Below are positions 39,593 to 50,167 of a stretch of 64,000 bases of DNA, piece by piece; positions within the stretch are counted from its first letter, which is position 1, and every line of letters starts with the position of its first letter. The DNA is from a bacterium (GTDB lineage: Bacteria > UBA8248 > JACPRG01 > G963555815), in the NCBI GenBank assembly GCA_965261595.1, contig CBDHDG010000002.1, forward strand, positions 96,001 through 160,000, in the 5' to 3' direction. The notes beneath the pieces are model-generated. The model was not told the origin of the DNA. It worked only from the letters and a program-made list of their open reading frames with translations, and searched no databases. The position numbers were made by a program, and so were the translations under genes.

Positions 39593-41461
39593 ATGTACGG
39601 TTACGCCGGGAAGATTCTCTACATTGACCTGACGGCGGGGAGGACCCGCGAGGAGGCGGTGGACGAAGGGGGGGGGGGAATGGCCCGCCGGTTCATCGGG
39701 GGCAACGGGTTCTGCGCCCGGCTTCTCTACGACTTGATCGGCCCCGATACGGACCCCCTCGGCCCGGAGAACGCCATCGCCTTCGCCGTCGGACCGCTCA
39801 CCGATACGGCGATCCCCAGCACGAGCCGGGCATGCGTCGCGACCAAGTCCCCCCTGAACGGCCTGTTCTTCGATTCCACGTTCGGCGGCTCGTGGCCCAC
39901 CAGCCTCAAGCGGACGGGCTATGACGCGTTCGTCGTCACGGGCCGGGCGGATGAGGCGGTCTATCTCTCCATCACCGACGAGTCGGTCGAGATCAAGCCC
40001 GCGAAAGATCTCTGGGGGAAGTGGATCCGCGAGACGTGCGACGCGGTCTGCGAGCGCGAGGGCGGAAAGGCCGACGTGATCGCCATCGGCCCGGCGGGGG
40101 AGAACCTCGTCCGGTACGCCGCCATGGCCCATACGTGGCGAAAGAGCCGGGACGGGATCGCCGGGCGGGGCGGGATGGGCGCGGTCATGGGCTCGAAAAA
40201 CCTCAAGGCCATCGCCATCCGGGGGCGGCGGAAGACCGAAGTGGCCGATCCCAAGGGATTGAAGGCGTTCGTTTCCGGCTCGACCGGGGATGTCCGGACG
40301 GGGACCAAGGCCCTCAACGTTTATGGGACCCCGGTCCTGGTCCGGATGGTCAACGAGCTGGGGGCGCTGGGGACGCGGAACCTCCAGACCGAGACCTTCG
40401 AGGACTGCCTGCCCATCAGCGGCGAGCAGATGAAGGAGGAGATCTGGGAAAAGGACACCACCTGCTTCAAGTGCCCCGTCGCCTGCGGAAAAAACTACAG
40501 CATGACGGAAGGCGAATTCGCCGGGACGGCGTGGAAGATGCCGGAGTTCGAGACGATCTTCGCCCTGGGGACGATGCTGGACCACCGCGACCCGGGCGCG
40601 CTCCTGAAGGCCAACCTCCTCGCGGACGAGCTGGGGATGGATACGATCTCCCTGGGCCTCACGATATCGTTCGCCTTCGAATGTTACGAGAAGGGATTTC
40701 TCAAGGAAGACGATGTGGGCTTCCCCCTGAATTGGGGCGATTACCGCGCGATGCTTCGGCTCGTCGAGGACACCGCCCACCGCCGGGGGTTCGGCGACCT
40801 CCTGGCCGAGGGCTCATGCCGGCTGGCCGAGCGGTGGGGGGGGGAGACGGAGGAATTCCTCTACGCCGCCAAGGGCCTCGAGCTCCCCGCCCACTCCGCC
40901 CGGGCGCTCAAGGGCATGAGCATCGGCTACGCCACCGGCACCCGGGGCGGCAGCCACCACGACACCCGCCCGACGCTCCAGTACGCCGGAGACTTCGATA
41001 ACCGCTCGGTCGAGGGAAAGCCGCTCTTCGCCGTCCGGACGCAAAACTTCACCGCCCTGGACGATTCCATCACCCAGTGCCGGTTCACGAGCGAGCGGGG
41101 GTACGGGGCGATGGTGAATGAGAACTACGCCCGGATGCTGGAGCTCGTCATGGGCTGGGACGTGACGGTGGATGAGCTGGAGCGGACGGGCGAGCGGATC
41201 TGCAACCTGGAGCGCGCCTTTCACGTGCGGGACGGGGTTCGGCGAAAGGACGATTCGCTCCCCCACCGCGTGCAACACGTCCCGATTCCGGAAGGTCCCC
41301 ACAAAGGGATGCACTGCCCGCCGGATGAGTTGTCGGCGATGCTGGATGAGTATTACGACCTCCGGGGCTGGGACGCCGACGGCGTCCCGACGGAAGAGAG
41401 GCTTCTTGCGCTGGACCTGGATTTCGTCGTCGAAGACCTCGCCGCGCGGAGTCGAGCGTAG
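39593..41461 (+). CDS. Aldehyde ferredoxin oxidoreductase family (tungstopterin) enzyme
   Basis: GYAGKIL, KSPL, IGPAGENL, GRGGMGAVMGSKNLKAI, CFKCPVAC, DELGMDTIS, YYDLRGW. Confidence 0.92.
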   Translation: MYGYAGKILYIDLTAGRTREEAVDEGGGGMARRFIGGNGFCARLLYDLIGPDTDPLGPENAIAFAVGPLTDTAIPSTSRACVATKSPLNGLFFDSTFGGSWPTSLKRTGYDAFVVTGRADEAVYLSITDESVEIKPAKDLWGKWIRETCDAVCEREGGKADVIAIGPAGENLVRYAAMAHTWRKSRDGIAGRGGMGAVMGSKNLKAIAIRGRRKTEVADPKGLKAFVSGSTGDVRTGTKALNVYGTPVLVRMVNELGALGTRNLQTETFEDCLPISGEQMKEEIWEKDTTCFKCPVACGKNYSMTEGEFAGTAWKMPEFETIFALGTMLDHRDPGALLKANLLADELGMDTISLGLTISFAFECYEKGFLKEDDVGFPLNWGDYRAMLRLVEDTAHRRGFGDLLAEGSCRLAERWGGETEEFLYAAKGLELPAHSARALKGMSIGYATGTRGGSHHDTRPTLQYAGDFDNRSVEGKPLFAVRTQNFTALDDSITQCRFTSERGYGAMVNENYARMLELVMGWDVTVDELERTGERICNLERAFHVRDGVRRKDDSLPHRVQHVPIPEGPHKGMHCPPDELSAMLDEYYDLRGWDADGVPTEERLLALDLDFVVEDLAARSRA

Positions 41462-41604
41462 AGGCGCAAGATCCCAGGGGGGACATTTTGAAAACTGTCC
41501 CCCCTGGACCCCCCTCGAAAACTTTCGTTTCGCGAAAGAGGGCGGTCCCTTCAGGGACCGCCCTCTTTCGCAGGAAATCAGGGGGTATAGGAGGTTTTGT
41601 CTTC

Positions 41605-41630
41605 GTAGGGGCCGGGCTCCGTACCGGCCC
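41605..41630 (+). repeat. GTAG-type REP-like palindrome
   Basis: GTAG-GGGCCGG-N8-CCGGCCC between convergent genes. Confidence 0.5.
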
Positions 41631-41704
41631 GTCACACTCGCATCGGGCAATGTTTGGAAAGGCAACCAGTTCGCCGGCCCGTCGCTTTGGTCCATGGGGG
41701 TTGC

Positions 41705-42193
41705 TTATTTCAAAGAAGCCACGCTGAAGATGACGCTGAACGATTTGCACCAGATGACGATGCTCCCCGACTTGGATAGGTCCGCGCTCGCCGGAATCGG
41801 ATAATTCTGGTTTCCGATGTTCCCCTTGAGGGGACCGAGGTCGACAAACCCCTTGTCCTTCACGTCCGCGCTTTTCCTGGGGTCGGGATGGGAGGCGAGG
41901 TAGACGCGCAGGTCCGGGCCGTTGGTGGATTTGAAGTTCTCCAGCCTCAAAAGGCGGGCGCCGTCGGCCAGGCGGTGGATGACCGCCTGCCCGCTCCCCT
42001 TGTGGAACGAGTCCCCGTTTCGGAAATTCCCGGACTTGAGCTTGGATGCGGACGCCGAGGTCCCGGCCTTGGGAAATGTTTCCTGGACCGTCCTGTCGAT
42101 AAAGAGCGGGGAGAACAGCCACCAGGCGATGGGCGCGCCGATGACAATGACAATCGCCCCGAGGATTTTCCATTTGGTCTTCATGCGGGCCAT
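41705..42193 (-). CDS. DM13 domain-containing protein
   Basis: TM segment, SPLFID, H.GSG, NGPDLRVYL, DLGPLKGNIGNQNY, IWCKSFSV.F. Confidence 0.88.
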   Translation of the reverse strand: MARMKTKWKILGAIVIVIGAPIAWWLFSPLFIDRTVQETFPKAGTSASASKLKSGNFRNGDSFHKGSGQAVIHRLADGARLLRLENFKSTNGPDLRVYLASHPDPRKSADVKDKGFVDLGPLKGNIGNQNYPIPASADLSKSGSIVIWCKSFSVIFSVASLK

Positions 42194-42348
42194 GGTTCCA
42201 TCCTTTCGATTCGGTTGAGCCAATCGTTGGGATTCTCCCATTTCGGGTGCGCCGTTGCCGCAAGATGAATTATATGCCCGATTGGATGGGCCGGCTTCCT
42301 CTCTCTTCACGCCGCTCCCCGGCAGGCCCCGGCCGCGCCCGGAAACCG

Positions 42349-43320
42349 CTACGCCCCATGCCGCGCAAGCGCGATGGCCGTTACCCCCAGGACAACAAGG
42401 ACGGCGCCGCCGACCACCCGGACGCTCAGCCGCTCCTGCTTCCGCAGGAATAGATAACTCAGGACCAATGTGAACAGGGGGGCGGCGTGAATGGCCGCCG
42501 TGACGAAAACGACCTGGCTGCCGTGCAGGGCGGTGAACATGGAAAAGTAAGCGTTCACGTAGAGCAGCGACGCGATGCAGAAACCCGGCAGGGCCTTTCT
42601 TTCCAGACGGTATCGAAAGGGATCGTTCCGGATAAAAAAGAGGCACGAGAGAAGAATGGCGGCGATGGTCGGCACCAGGGCGGCGGCGACGAGCGGCGAG
42701 GCGAACCCCTGCACGCTGAACCGGCCGACCACGTCCCGCGCCCCGAAGCAGATGGCCGCGAAGAGGGCGAAGGTCAGGTGAATCTTTTTCCAGTCCGTCC
42801 GGGGGAGCTTCTCGTACACCAGGAGGACCACGCCGCCCGTCGTCGACAGCGTCCCAAGCGCGATGGGAACCGACAACGGTTCTCCCAGAAAAAGGATCGC
42901 CAGAATCGTGGCCCAAACCGGCGAGGTGCCGGCGACGACCGTGGGTCTCGCAAGCCCCAGCCGTGAATACGCCATGTAGAGCGAAATCCGGGCCAGAAAG
43001 GGGGAGAACAGCGCGGCGGCCGAAGCGCCCAGGATGAGCCGCCCGGTGAATTCCGGCATGGGGTTCGAAAGGGCGATGAGCCAGAGGATCAGGCCGCTGG
43101 CCCCTGACGTGAACCAGGCGGCGGTCGTGGCGTTGGAGTAACGGAGGGATTGGCTGATGAGGGTCTGGCCGATAGAAAAAGATACGGCGGCCATCAGGCC
43201 CCAAAGGATCGGCAAGTTCGGATTTCCTTTCAGGGCGCCGGTCGCGCCGCGCCGTTCACACTGTGACAGAGGGAGGCTGTCGAGACAAGGTGGGTCTCCA
43301 CCGATGGAAATTTCAACCAT
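42349..43320 (-). CDS. DMT/EamA family transporter (start uncertain)
   Basis: About 10 TM segments, LFLGEPL and FLRKQERL repeats. Confidence 0.82.
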   Translation of the reverse strand: MVEISIGGDPPCLDSLPLSQCERRGATGALKGNPNLPILWGLMAAVSFSIGQTLISQSLRYSNATTAAWFTSGASGLILWLIALSNPMPEFTGRLILGASAAALFSPFLARISLYMAYSRLGLARPTVVAGTSPVWATILAILFLGEPLSVPIALGTLSTTGGVVLLVYEKLPRTDWKKIHLTFALFAAICFGARDVVGRFSVQGFASPLVAAALVPTIAAILLSCLFFIRNDPFRYRLERKALPGFCIASLLYVNAYFSMFTALHGSQVVFVTAAIHAAPLFTLVLSYLFLRKQERLSVRVVGGAVLVVLGVTAIALARHGA

Positions 43321-43324
43321 CCCA

Positions 43325-44437
43325 TCACAGGGCGGCGGGTCCGCCGATTCTCTCCAGGATAGACCGTAGCCCCCAGGCGACGCCCGCGAGGGCGTCCCAC
43401 CCGGAGGAATGCCCGTGTCGGGCCAAATCCCGGACGGCGCTTTCCAGGACGCCCGGCCCGGCCGGCCCCGTCCCCGACAGGATGGCGGTGAGCAGGCGGT
43501 GAACGGATTCCGCGGAGGCGCCTTCCACGGCGCGGCGCAGCAGGGCCTCGCTGATCAGGGGGGTTCGGCCGGCGGCCAGGGTAAGGATCTCGACCGCGGC
43601 CCGATCCAGCTCGCTTGTCTCGAATCCCCCCCCCTCATAATTCGCGCATCGCAGAGCGGTCAGGCATCCGCCGAGAAAGTCGTCCCCCGAGGGCGTCAGG
43701 CCCGGACCCAGGCCGATCAGGCCCTTCGCCCCTTTCCGCACGAGGTCCATCTTCCCGCTTTCCATGCCCGAGGAAAGGGCGCGGGCGGAGGGAAGCGCCC
43801 GCGCCGCGAGCGGGGAGAGTGCGGACGCGGCGTCCACCGAACGGGCGGCCAGGGCGGGAAAGGCGAGGCTTCCAAGCCCCGGCGGGTCGGGATGGGATTC
43901 AATCGCCCGGGCCAGGGAGCGGATGCGAAGGCGGGTCGTCTCGGCGTCGGTCCTGGCGGGCGCGGGCATTTCCGGCGTCCAGATCTCCGCCCCGTCCAGA
44001 AGGACGCGAAGCCCCCCCCCCTCCCCCCCGCCGAGCGTCAGCGATCCGCCGGATTCCCTCGTGAGCGGATCCCCTTTTCGCAGGCCCAGTTGTCCAAAGT
44101 TTGTCCCCGGAGGCAAATCGACCAACAGGTTCAGGGGGCCCCGGCCGATCTCCGGAAGACCCAGGCACAGGAGGAGGTCGGGGCCGGACCCCGCGTAGCA
44201 GGACCGTTCGAAAACCGCCAGGACTTTCGGCGCCGGGACGCGGGAGGTCCCGCTCCCGGGGATCTCATCGCGGGTGCGGACCGGCGTATCCGATAGCCGG
44301 TCCAACACCCGGAGGGCCCAGGGCGTGATGGTCAGGGCGTGTATCCAGCGATTGGCGATGATTGGACAGGGCCTCCTCGTAACATCCCGTTTGTCCGGAA
44401 TCGAGCGCATTTTCATCGGCGCGACGGTTCCCGTCAA
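43325..44437 (-). CDS. DUF2877 family protein (start uncertain)
   Basis: LIGLGPGLTPSGDDFLGG and GHSSGWD motifs. Confidence 0.8.
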   Translation of the reverse strand: MTGTVAPMKMRSIPDKRDVTRRPCPIIANRWIHALTITPWALRVLDRLSDTPVRTRDEIPGSGTSRVPAPKVLAVFERSCYAGSGPDLLLCLGLPEIGRGPLNLLVDLPPGTNFGQLGLRKGDPLTRESGGSLTLGGGEGGGLRVLLDGAEIWTPEMPAPARTDAETTRLRIRSLARAIESHPDPPGLGSLAFPALAARSVDAASALSPLAARALPSARALSSGMESGKMDLVRKGAKGLIGLGPGLTPSGDDFLGGCLTALRCANYEGGGFETSELDRAAVEILTLAAGRTPLISEALLRRAVEGASAESVHRLLTAILSGTGPAGPGVLESAVRDLARHGHSSGWDALAGVAWGLRSILERIGGPAAL

Positions 44438-44535
44438 CGCATGGATCCCTTGGCCACGCCGGGACTCATGAAATTCGGAAAGAGGAACGATAGGGGAAAA
44501 GATGTTAAACTCATGCAGAGTTTACCGCGCGGAGG

Positions 44536-46103
44536 GTGATTCCGCGTCGCCGCGAGAGAAAAGCTCCCCCCTGTCAGAGTAGCCACGTGTTGAAGCCAAG
44601 CCTGGGTCTCATCCTCCAGCCCGTTGTTCTCTTTTTCCTTGTTTCGATAATGCCGCCTCCGGTTTCAGCCGGGGGCCACACCGCCGTGCGCGTCGTGACG
44701 GTTTCCGATCGGCGGGCGGCTGAAACCATCCTGTCCCGATTGGCCAAGGACGCCCCTTTGGCCCTGGGGGCGAGAGGGATTGCCAAGGTGCGGACGTTGT
44801 TGGAAAAGCAGATCCGCGCGCTTCCGTCTGAAGTCAGGAACGATTTGGCCGATCTTCCCATGGGGGGACATACGCGGATTGTGGCCGACGGGGAGGCCTA
44901 CTCGATTTATCAACGGTCCACGTTTGATTTTTACCGCCAGGCCTGGGCGTTGCACAAAGCGGGCAAGAATGGCAAAGCGCTCCGCAAGGTGGAAAGAGAC
45001 TTGATTCTCAATCCGGACCACGCAAAGGGTCTGGCCCTGATCGGGAAGATCTATGAACAACGCCGTGAATACCGGCGGGCGTCGGAGGCCTATCAGCAGC
45101 TCATCGGGTTTCATCCCAATTCCAGTCTCGGCCATCGGATGATCGGACGGATTTTTGAATTGGAGAAAAGGTGGGACAAGGCCATCAACAGCTATGAATT
45201 CGGCCTTGAGCTGAACCCCCGGCAACACGATGTCCTGAATAATCTCGCATTGCTGTATGCCGTGCGGCAGGGTGATCCGAAAAAGGGTCTTTCGTTGATT
45301 GAAAGGGCGTTGGCGCTGCGGCCGAAGACGGCGGAGTATCTTGACACCCTCGCGCAAATCCGAAAGAAGCTCGGGTTGAAGGGAGACATTCGGACCGCGA
45401 AGTTGAAGGAAGCTTTAAACGGAAGCGCGAAGGCCGGGGCCGCGAAGGGATTGAAATCGGCGAGTTCGGCCGCCCCCCCCCCTCCCCCTCCCCCTCCCCT
45501 CTTCCCCCCGCGCGGAATGGGAAAAAGGAGGCCCCTTCGCCGAAGACCGGTTCGCTTCCGCCCCCTCCCCGGGTTTCGCCCGATGATTGGCCGCCGCCGA
45601 AGGCCCTGCCGGGGTTTCCGGCGTCCCCCCCTCTCATGGTCGGGCCAAAACGGCGAAAACCGAAGCCGCGGGCGGCGCCGCGGAAAAAACCGCTCATCAG
45701 CCGGCAGCTTTTCGTGATGAATCCCGCTTTGAAGAAGGAGGGCTGGGGGGAGCGCCCCCCGGCGGCCGGGGCGTCGCGGTTCGCCAAAGCCGGAAATGGT
45801 GCCTCGGCGAAAACGGCGTCCGCCTCGGAGCGCATTCAGATTTTGGACGGCAGCGGCAATATGTCCAATGCGCGCCGGGTGAAGACCCTTTTGACCTCGA
45901 AGGGGTTTCGGATTGCGCGGATCGGCAAGAGTGATAAAGGGCTATGGAGACGGACGGTCCTTTATTACAAGAAGGATTCCGCGCGGCGCGCCGAGCAGGT
46001 GGCCGGCGCAATCCCGGGCCGCCGTCTACTCCCGCGCCCCCTGAAATGGCGCTCCGTCTACGACATCATTCTGGTGGTGGGGAAAGACCGGGCCGCGCCT
46101 TGA
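44536..46103 (+). CDS. TPR + LytR C-terminal domain protein with a frameshift in the C-rich tract near 45472-45510
   Basis: TPR repeats in ORF 44536-45717; ILDGSG..ARRVK..L..KGF..TVLYY..DIILVVGKD in ORF 45636-46103. Confidence 0.65.
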
Positions 46104-46208
46104 CCCATGAACCGTCCCACGCGCGAATGCCTGCGCGGCATACTTGAAACTTACGGATTTTGAATTAGATAGAGTGTTTGGTTTGGTCCTGAAAGGAAGG
46201 GGATCGGG

Positions 46209-47267
46209 GTGGGGAAGCGCGTCAAAGACTGGAAAGATCGGGTTGCCGTGGTGGACGCGTCCCTCTTGAAGCTGCTGGAGAAGCGCGCGGCCATCCTGCG
46301 GACCGTTTCGGCTGAAGAGTTGCCTCGGGATCTCAATCAGCTTGGACAGCGCGCCCTCAAGAATCATCGCGGAGTATTGCCCGAGCGGGTCGCCCGGAGA
46401 GTCTTCGAGGAGATCGATCAAGGCGCCGCCTCCATCGTCGCGGAGCGCTCGGTCGCTTTCCTCGGGCCGGAAGGCACGTTTGCGCATCAGGCCACCCTGG
46501 CCCGGTTCGACGACTCCTGGGAATTGGCGCCCTGTGACGGGCTCGAAGAAATCTTTCACCGGGTGGAGACCGGCGGGGCGTTGAATGGGGTTGTGCCGGC
46601 GGAGAACACGATCGAAGGGATCGTCAGCCACACGCTGGATCTTCTCCTCGAAGCCGCCCTGGAGATTGTCGGGGAGGTCGTGATCCCCATCGATCATTAC
46701 CTGTTGTCGCGCGGGGAATCCTTGACGCAGGTGAAAGAAGTCTTCTCGCATCCCCAGGCCTTCGGCCAGTGCCGGCCTTGGCTGAGGGCCCATCTTCCAA
46801 AGGCGAAGCTGCGGGAATCCTCCAGTACGGCCGATGGGGCCGCCCGGGCCCGGCGATCCAAGCAGGCGGCCGCGATCGCGTCCACCTGGGCGGCGAGGCG
46901 GTACGGCCTGTCGATCCTGGCGTCCAAGATTGACGGAAGCTCGGGGGCCGGACAGAACATCACGCGCTTTCTTGTCCTGGGCCGCGAGCCGGCCGCCCGC
47001 ACGGGCCGGGACAAAACATCCATCGCTTTTTCCGTGCGGCACGAAGTCGGCGCCCTTTTGCGGATGCTCGAACCGTTTTCAAAGCACCGGATCAACCTGA
47101 TGAAGATCGAATCGCGCCCCGGCCGGGAAAAGCCATGGGAGTACACTTTCTACGTTGACCTGGAGGGGCATGTCGACGATCCGCCCGTCAAACGGGCGCT
47201 TCGGGAATTCAAGAAGTCTTCCCGCTTTTTCAAACACCTGGGCTCTTATCGGAGGGCCGAATTGTGA
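46209..47267 (+). CDS. pheA: Prephenate dehydratase with N-terminal AroQ-like domain (P-protein)
   Basis: FLGPEGTF, PAENTIEG, SHPQA, NITRF, KIESRP. Confidence 0.93.
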   Translation: MGKRVKDWKDRVAVVDASLLKLLEKRAAILRTVSAEELPRDLNQLGQRALKNHRGVLPERVARRVFEEIDQGAASIVAERSVAFLGPEGTFAHQATLARFDDSWELAPCDGLEEIFHRVETGGALNGVVPAENTIEGIVSHTLDLLLEAALEIVGEVVIPIDHYLLSRGESLTQVKEVFSHPQAFGQCRPWLRAHLPKAKLRESSSTADGAARARRSKQAAAIASTWAARRYGLSILASKIDGSSGAGQNITRFLVLGREPAARTGRDKTSIAFSVRHEVGALLRMLEPFSKHRINLMKIESRPGREKPWEYTFYVDLEGHVDDPPVKRALREFKKSSRFFKHLGSYRRAEL

Positions 47268-48355
47268 GCGCTCCGATTGCCGCGGCCAAGACCCGGGACA
47301 TCATTTTCTACGACGCCGGAAAGCCCATCGGCGAAGTCGAGCGGGAGCTCGGGATCTCCGGGTCCGTCAAACTGGCGTCCAACGAGAACCCTTTGGGGCC
47401 GTCTCCAGAGGCGTTGAAGGCCGTCAGGGGCGAGCTGGAGGGACTGAACCGATACCCGGACGGCGGCGGTTATCACCTCAAGCGGGCCCTGGCGGACCGG
47501 TTCGGGCTTTCACCCGAGAATTTCACGCTGGGCAACGGCACGAACGAAGTGTTGGAAAACATCGGCAAGGCGTTTCTGGACCCTGGGGACCAGGCCGTCA
47601 TGGGGGACGCCGCTTTTATCGTGTTCCACATCGTCCCCCAGCTCTGCGAGGCGGAGCGTATTGTCGTTCCCCTGAAGGACTTCGCCAACGATCTCGAGGA
47701 AATGGCCGAGCGGATCACCCCTCGCACCAAAATGGTTTTTCTGGCCAACCCCAACAATCCTACGGGAACGGCCGTGGACGAGAAGCGGCTGGGCGCGTTC
47801 CTGGCGAGCGTCCCCGACCGCGTCACCGTCGTTTTGGATGAAGCCTATGCGCACTATCCGACGATGTCCGGCTACCCCGACGGGTTCCGGTTCATTGCGG
47901 ATTTCCCCAACCTCTTTGTCCTGAGGACTTTTTCCAAGGCTTATGGACTGGCGGGGATCCGCGTGGGGTTCGGCGCGGGTCACCCGGATTCCATCAAGGC
48001 GGTGGAAAAGCTGAGGGAGCCCTTCAATGTCAACAGCCTGGCGCTCGTGGCCGCCCTGGCGGCCTTGAAGGACGTCAATCACATTGAAGAATCAGTCCGG
48101 CTCAACGCCGCCGGCCTCGAGTTCCTCTACGGCCGTCTGGACGAAATGGGAATCCCCTATGTGCCCAGTCAAGCCAATTTCCTCCTCGTCGAAGTGGGCG
48201 ACGGGGTCGAGGTGTTTGAAAAACTCCTGAGAGAAGGCGTCATCGTCCGGCCGGTCAAGGGGTACGGCCTGCCCGCTCACGTTCGCGTCACCGTCGGTCT
48301 GCCCGATGAGAACGAGCGGTTCATCGAGGCCCTGGCCCGCGTTTTGGACCGCTGA
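47264..48355 (+). CDS. hisC: Histidinol-phosphate aminotransferase
   Basis: KLASNENP, NRYPD, NPNNPTG, DEAY, RTFSKAYGLAGIR. Confidence 0.95.
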   Translation: MSAPIAAAKTRDIIFYDAGKPIGEVERELGISGSVKLASNENPLGPSPEALKAVRGELEGLNRYPDGGGYHLKRALADRFGLSPENFTLGNGTNEVLENIGKAFLDPGDQAVMGDAAFIVFHIVPQLCEAERIVVPLKDFANDLEEMAERITPRTKMVFLANPNNPTGTAVDEKRLGAFLASVPDRVTVVLDEAYAHYPTMSGYPDGFRFIADFPNLFVLRTFSKAYGLAGIRVGFGAGHPDSIKAVEKLREPFNVNSLALVAALAALKDVNHIEESVRLNAAGLEFLYGRLDEMGIPYVPSQANFLLVEVGDGVEVFEKLLREGVIVRPVKGYGLPAHVRVTVGLPDENERFIEALARVLDR

Positions 48356-48390
48356 CGCGCTCCCACCCTCTTTCTCCCGATTGCGGGAAA

Positions 48391-49359
48391 ATGCCTGATC
48401 CGTCGCATCCCGAAACACCGCGCCGTTTTGACAGGCTCGCCCTTCTGGGCGTGGGCCTCATGGGTGGATGTTTTGCCCGGGATCTTCGGGCGATCGATGG
48501 GGTGGACGAGATTGTCGGGTGCAGCCGAACGACTGAATCCCTGTCCAAGGCCCGGGACCTGGGGGTGATCGACCGGGGAGAGCCCGACCCGGAAAAAGCC
48601 GTTGAGGGCGCGGACCTGGTCGTGATTTCCTTCCCCATGGGCGTGGCCGCGGAGCTCACCTTGCGGATCCTTCCCCGATGCCCGGAAGGGGCGCTGGTGA
48701 CCGACATGGGAAGCGTCAAGGGGGCTTATGTGCGCGCGGTCGAGGGGCGCGTCCCCGAAGGCGTCGGGTTTATCGGCGGCCACCCCATCGCGGGCACGGA
48801 GAATTCAGGTGTGGCCGCTTCGTTCGAGGGCCTGTTCCGAAACGCGCGGTGCGTCCTGACGCCGACCCCGAATACAGCGGCGTGGGCGGTCGAGGCCTCC
48901 AAGGCCCTGTGGAAAGCGTTGGGCGCCGACGTCATTTTGATGGACCCCGACCGGCACGACGAAGTCCTCGGCGCGGTCAGCCACCTTCCCCACGTTCTGG
49001 CGTATTCGGCCATGAACGCCCTGCCCGAAGATGTTTTGCGGGGATTTGCGGGCGGGGGATTCCGCGACTTCTCGCGGATTGCTTCAAGCGATCCGGGGAT
49101 GTGGAGAGATATCTGCCTGTCGAACCGTCAGGCGATTCTTGAGTGGATTTCGCGGTATGAAGAGACGCTGCGTGAAATGAAAGACCTGATCGACCGGCGC
49201 GACGGCGAAGGTCTCAGGGAGGCGTTCAGCCGGGCCAAGGCGCGAAGGGACGCCCTCATCGTGTTGGAAAAGAGCGCAACGCGGTCTCCCTCCGGCGCCT
49301 CGCGGCCAGACGAGGACGACGAGGCCCGATCAACAGAGGGGGGCCGGTCCGGTGGGTGA
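48391..49359 (+). CDS. tyrA: Prephenate/arogenate dehydrogenase
   Basis: GVGLMGG, DMGSVK, GGHPIAGTE, SHLPH, FRDFSRIA.SDP.MWRDI. Confidence 0.93.
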   Translation: MPDPSHPETPRRFDRLALLGVGLMGGCFARDLRAIDGVDEIVGCSRTTESLSKARDLGVIDRGEPDPEKAVEGADLVVISFPMGVAAELTLRILPRCPEGALVTDMGSVKGAYVRAVEGRVPEGVGFIGGHPIAGTENSGVAASFEGLFRNARCVLTPTPNTAAWAVEASKALWKALGADVILMDPDRHDEVLGAVSHLPHVLAYSAMNALPEDVLRGFAGGGFRDFSRIASSDPGMWRDICLSNRQAILEWISRYEETLREMKDLIDRRDGEGLREAFSRAKARRDALIVLEKSATRSPSGASRPDEDDEARSTEGGRSGG

Positions 49360-50050
49360 GGAAGCCCCGGTCGTTGCGGTGGACGGCCCGGCCGGCGCCG
49401 GAAAGAGCATCGCCAGCCGCCGCTTGTCCCTTCGCCTGGGGTATCGATACTACGATTCGGGTGCCCTCTACCGGGCGCTTGCCTGGTCCGCCGGGAAATC
49501 GGGCGTGGGCCGGGAAGGCCCGGATGAAGCCTTGACGGCTCTGTGCCGGGATCTGGTTCTGGAATTCAGGAAGACCGGCGAATCCGGGGACGATTGGCGG
49601 GTTTTGGTCAACGGCTGTGAGTTGACGCGGGAGTTGAAGGGCGAGGAGATTGGCGAGGAGGCATCCATCATCTCGGCCCGGCCGGCGGTGCGGGATGCGC
49701 TGTTGGACCTTCAGCGTCGTCAGGCGACGCCGCCCGGCCTTGTGATGGAAGGCCGGGACGTGGGAACAGTCGTCTTCCCCGGGGCGGCGGTGAAATTTTT
49801 TATCACCGCCGATGCCGATGAGCGGGCGAAACGCCGCTGCCTCGAAATGCGGCGGCTCGGGCGGGAGGCGGACCTGGAATTGATTCAGCGGGAGATGCGG
49901 ACGCGCGATGAGCGGGATCGAAACCGTGAGACGGCGCCGCTGGTTCAAGCCAAGGACGCCGCGCGCATCGACACGACACAAATGAAAATTGACGAAGTTG
50001 TTGAAAGTATGGTAGATATAACACTTCAGCGCTTATCCGCCCGGATGTAA
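49352..50050 (+). CDS. cmk: Cytidylate kinase
   Basis: DGPAGAGKS, DSGALYRA, MEGRDVGTVVFP, RDERD. Confidence 0.95.
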   Translation: MGEEAPVVAVDGPAGAGKSIASRRLSLRLGYRYYDSGALYRALAWSAGKSGVGREGPDEALTALCRDLVLEFRKTGESGDDWRVLVNGCELTRELKGEEIGEEASIISARPAVRDALLDLQRRQATPPGLVMEGRDVGTVVFPGAAVKFFITADADERAKRRCLEMRRLGREADLELIQREMRTRDERDRNRETAPLVQAKDAARIDTTQMKIDEVVESMVDITLQRLSARM

Positions 50051-50167
50051 GAGCCGTCAATACGGGACGGCCCCGTGGAGGGGCCGGTCTCCGCTGGCGC
50101 GGGAACCCTCCATCCGTGTCAGCGATTTGCGTTCGGGTCCATCCACCCCCGGGGGAAGAGAACGAGC

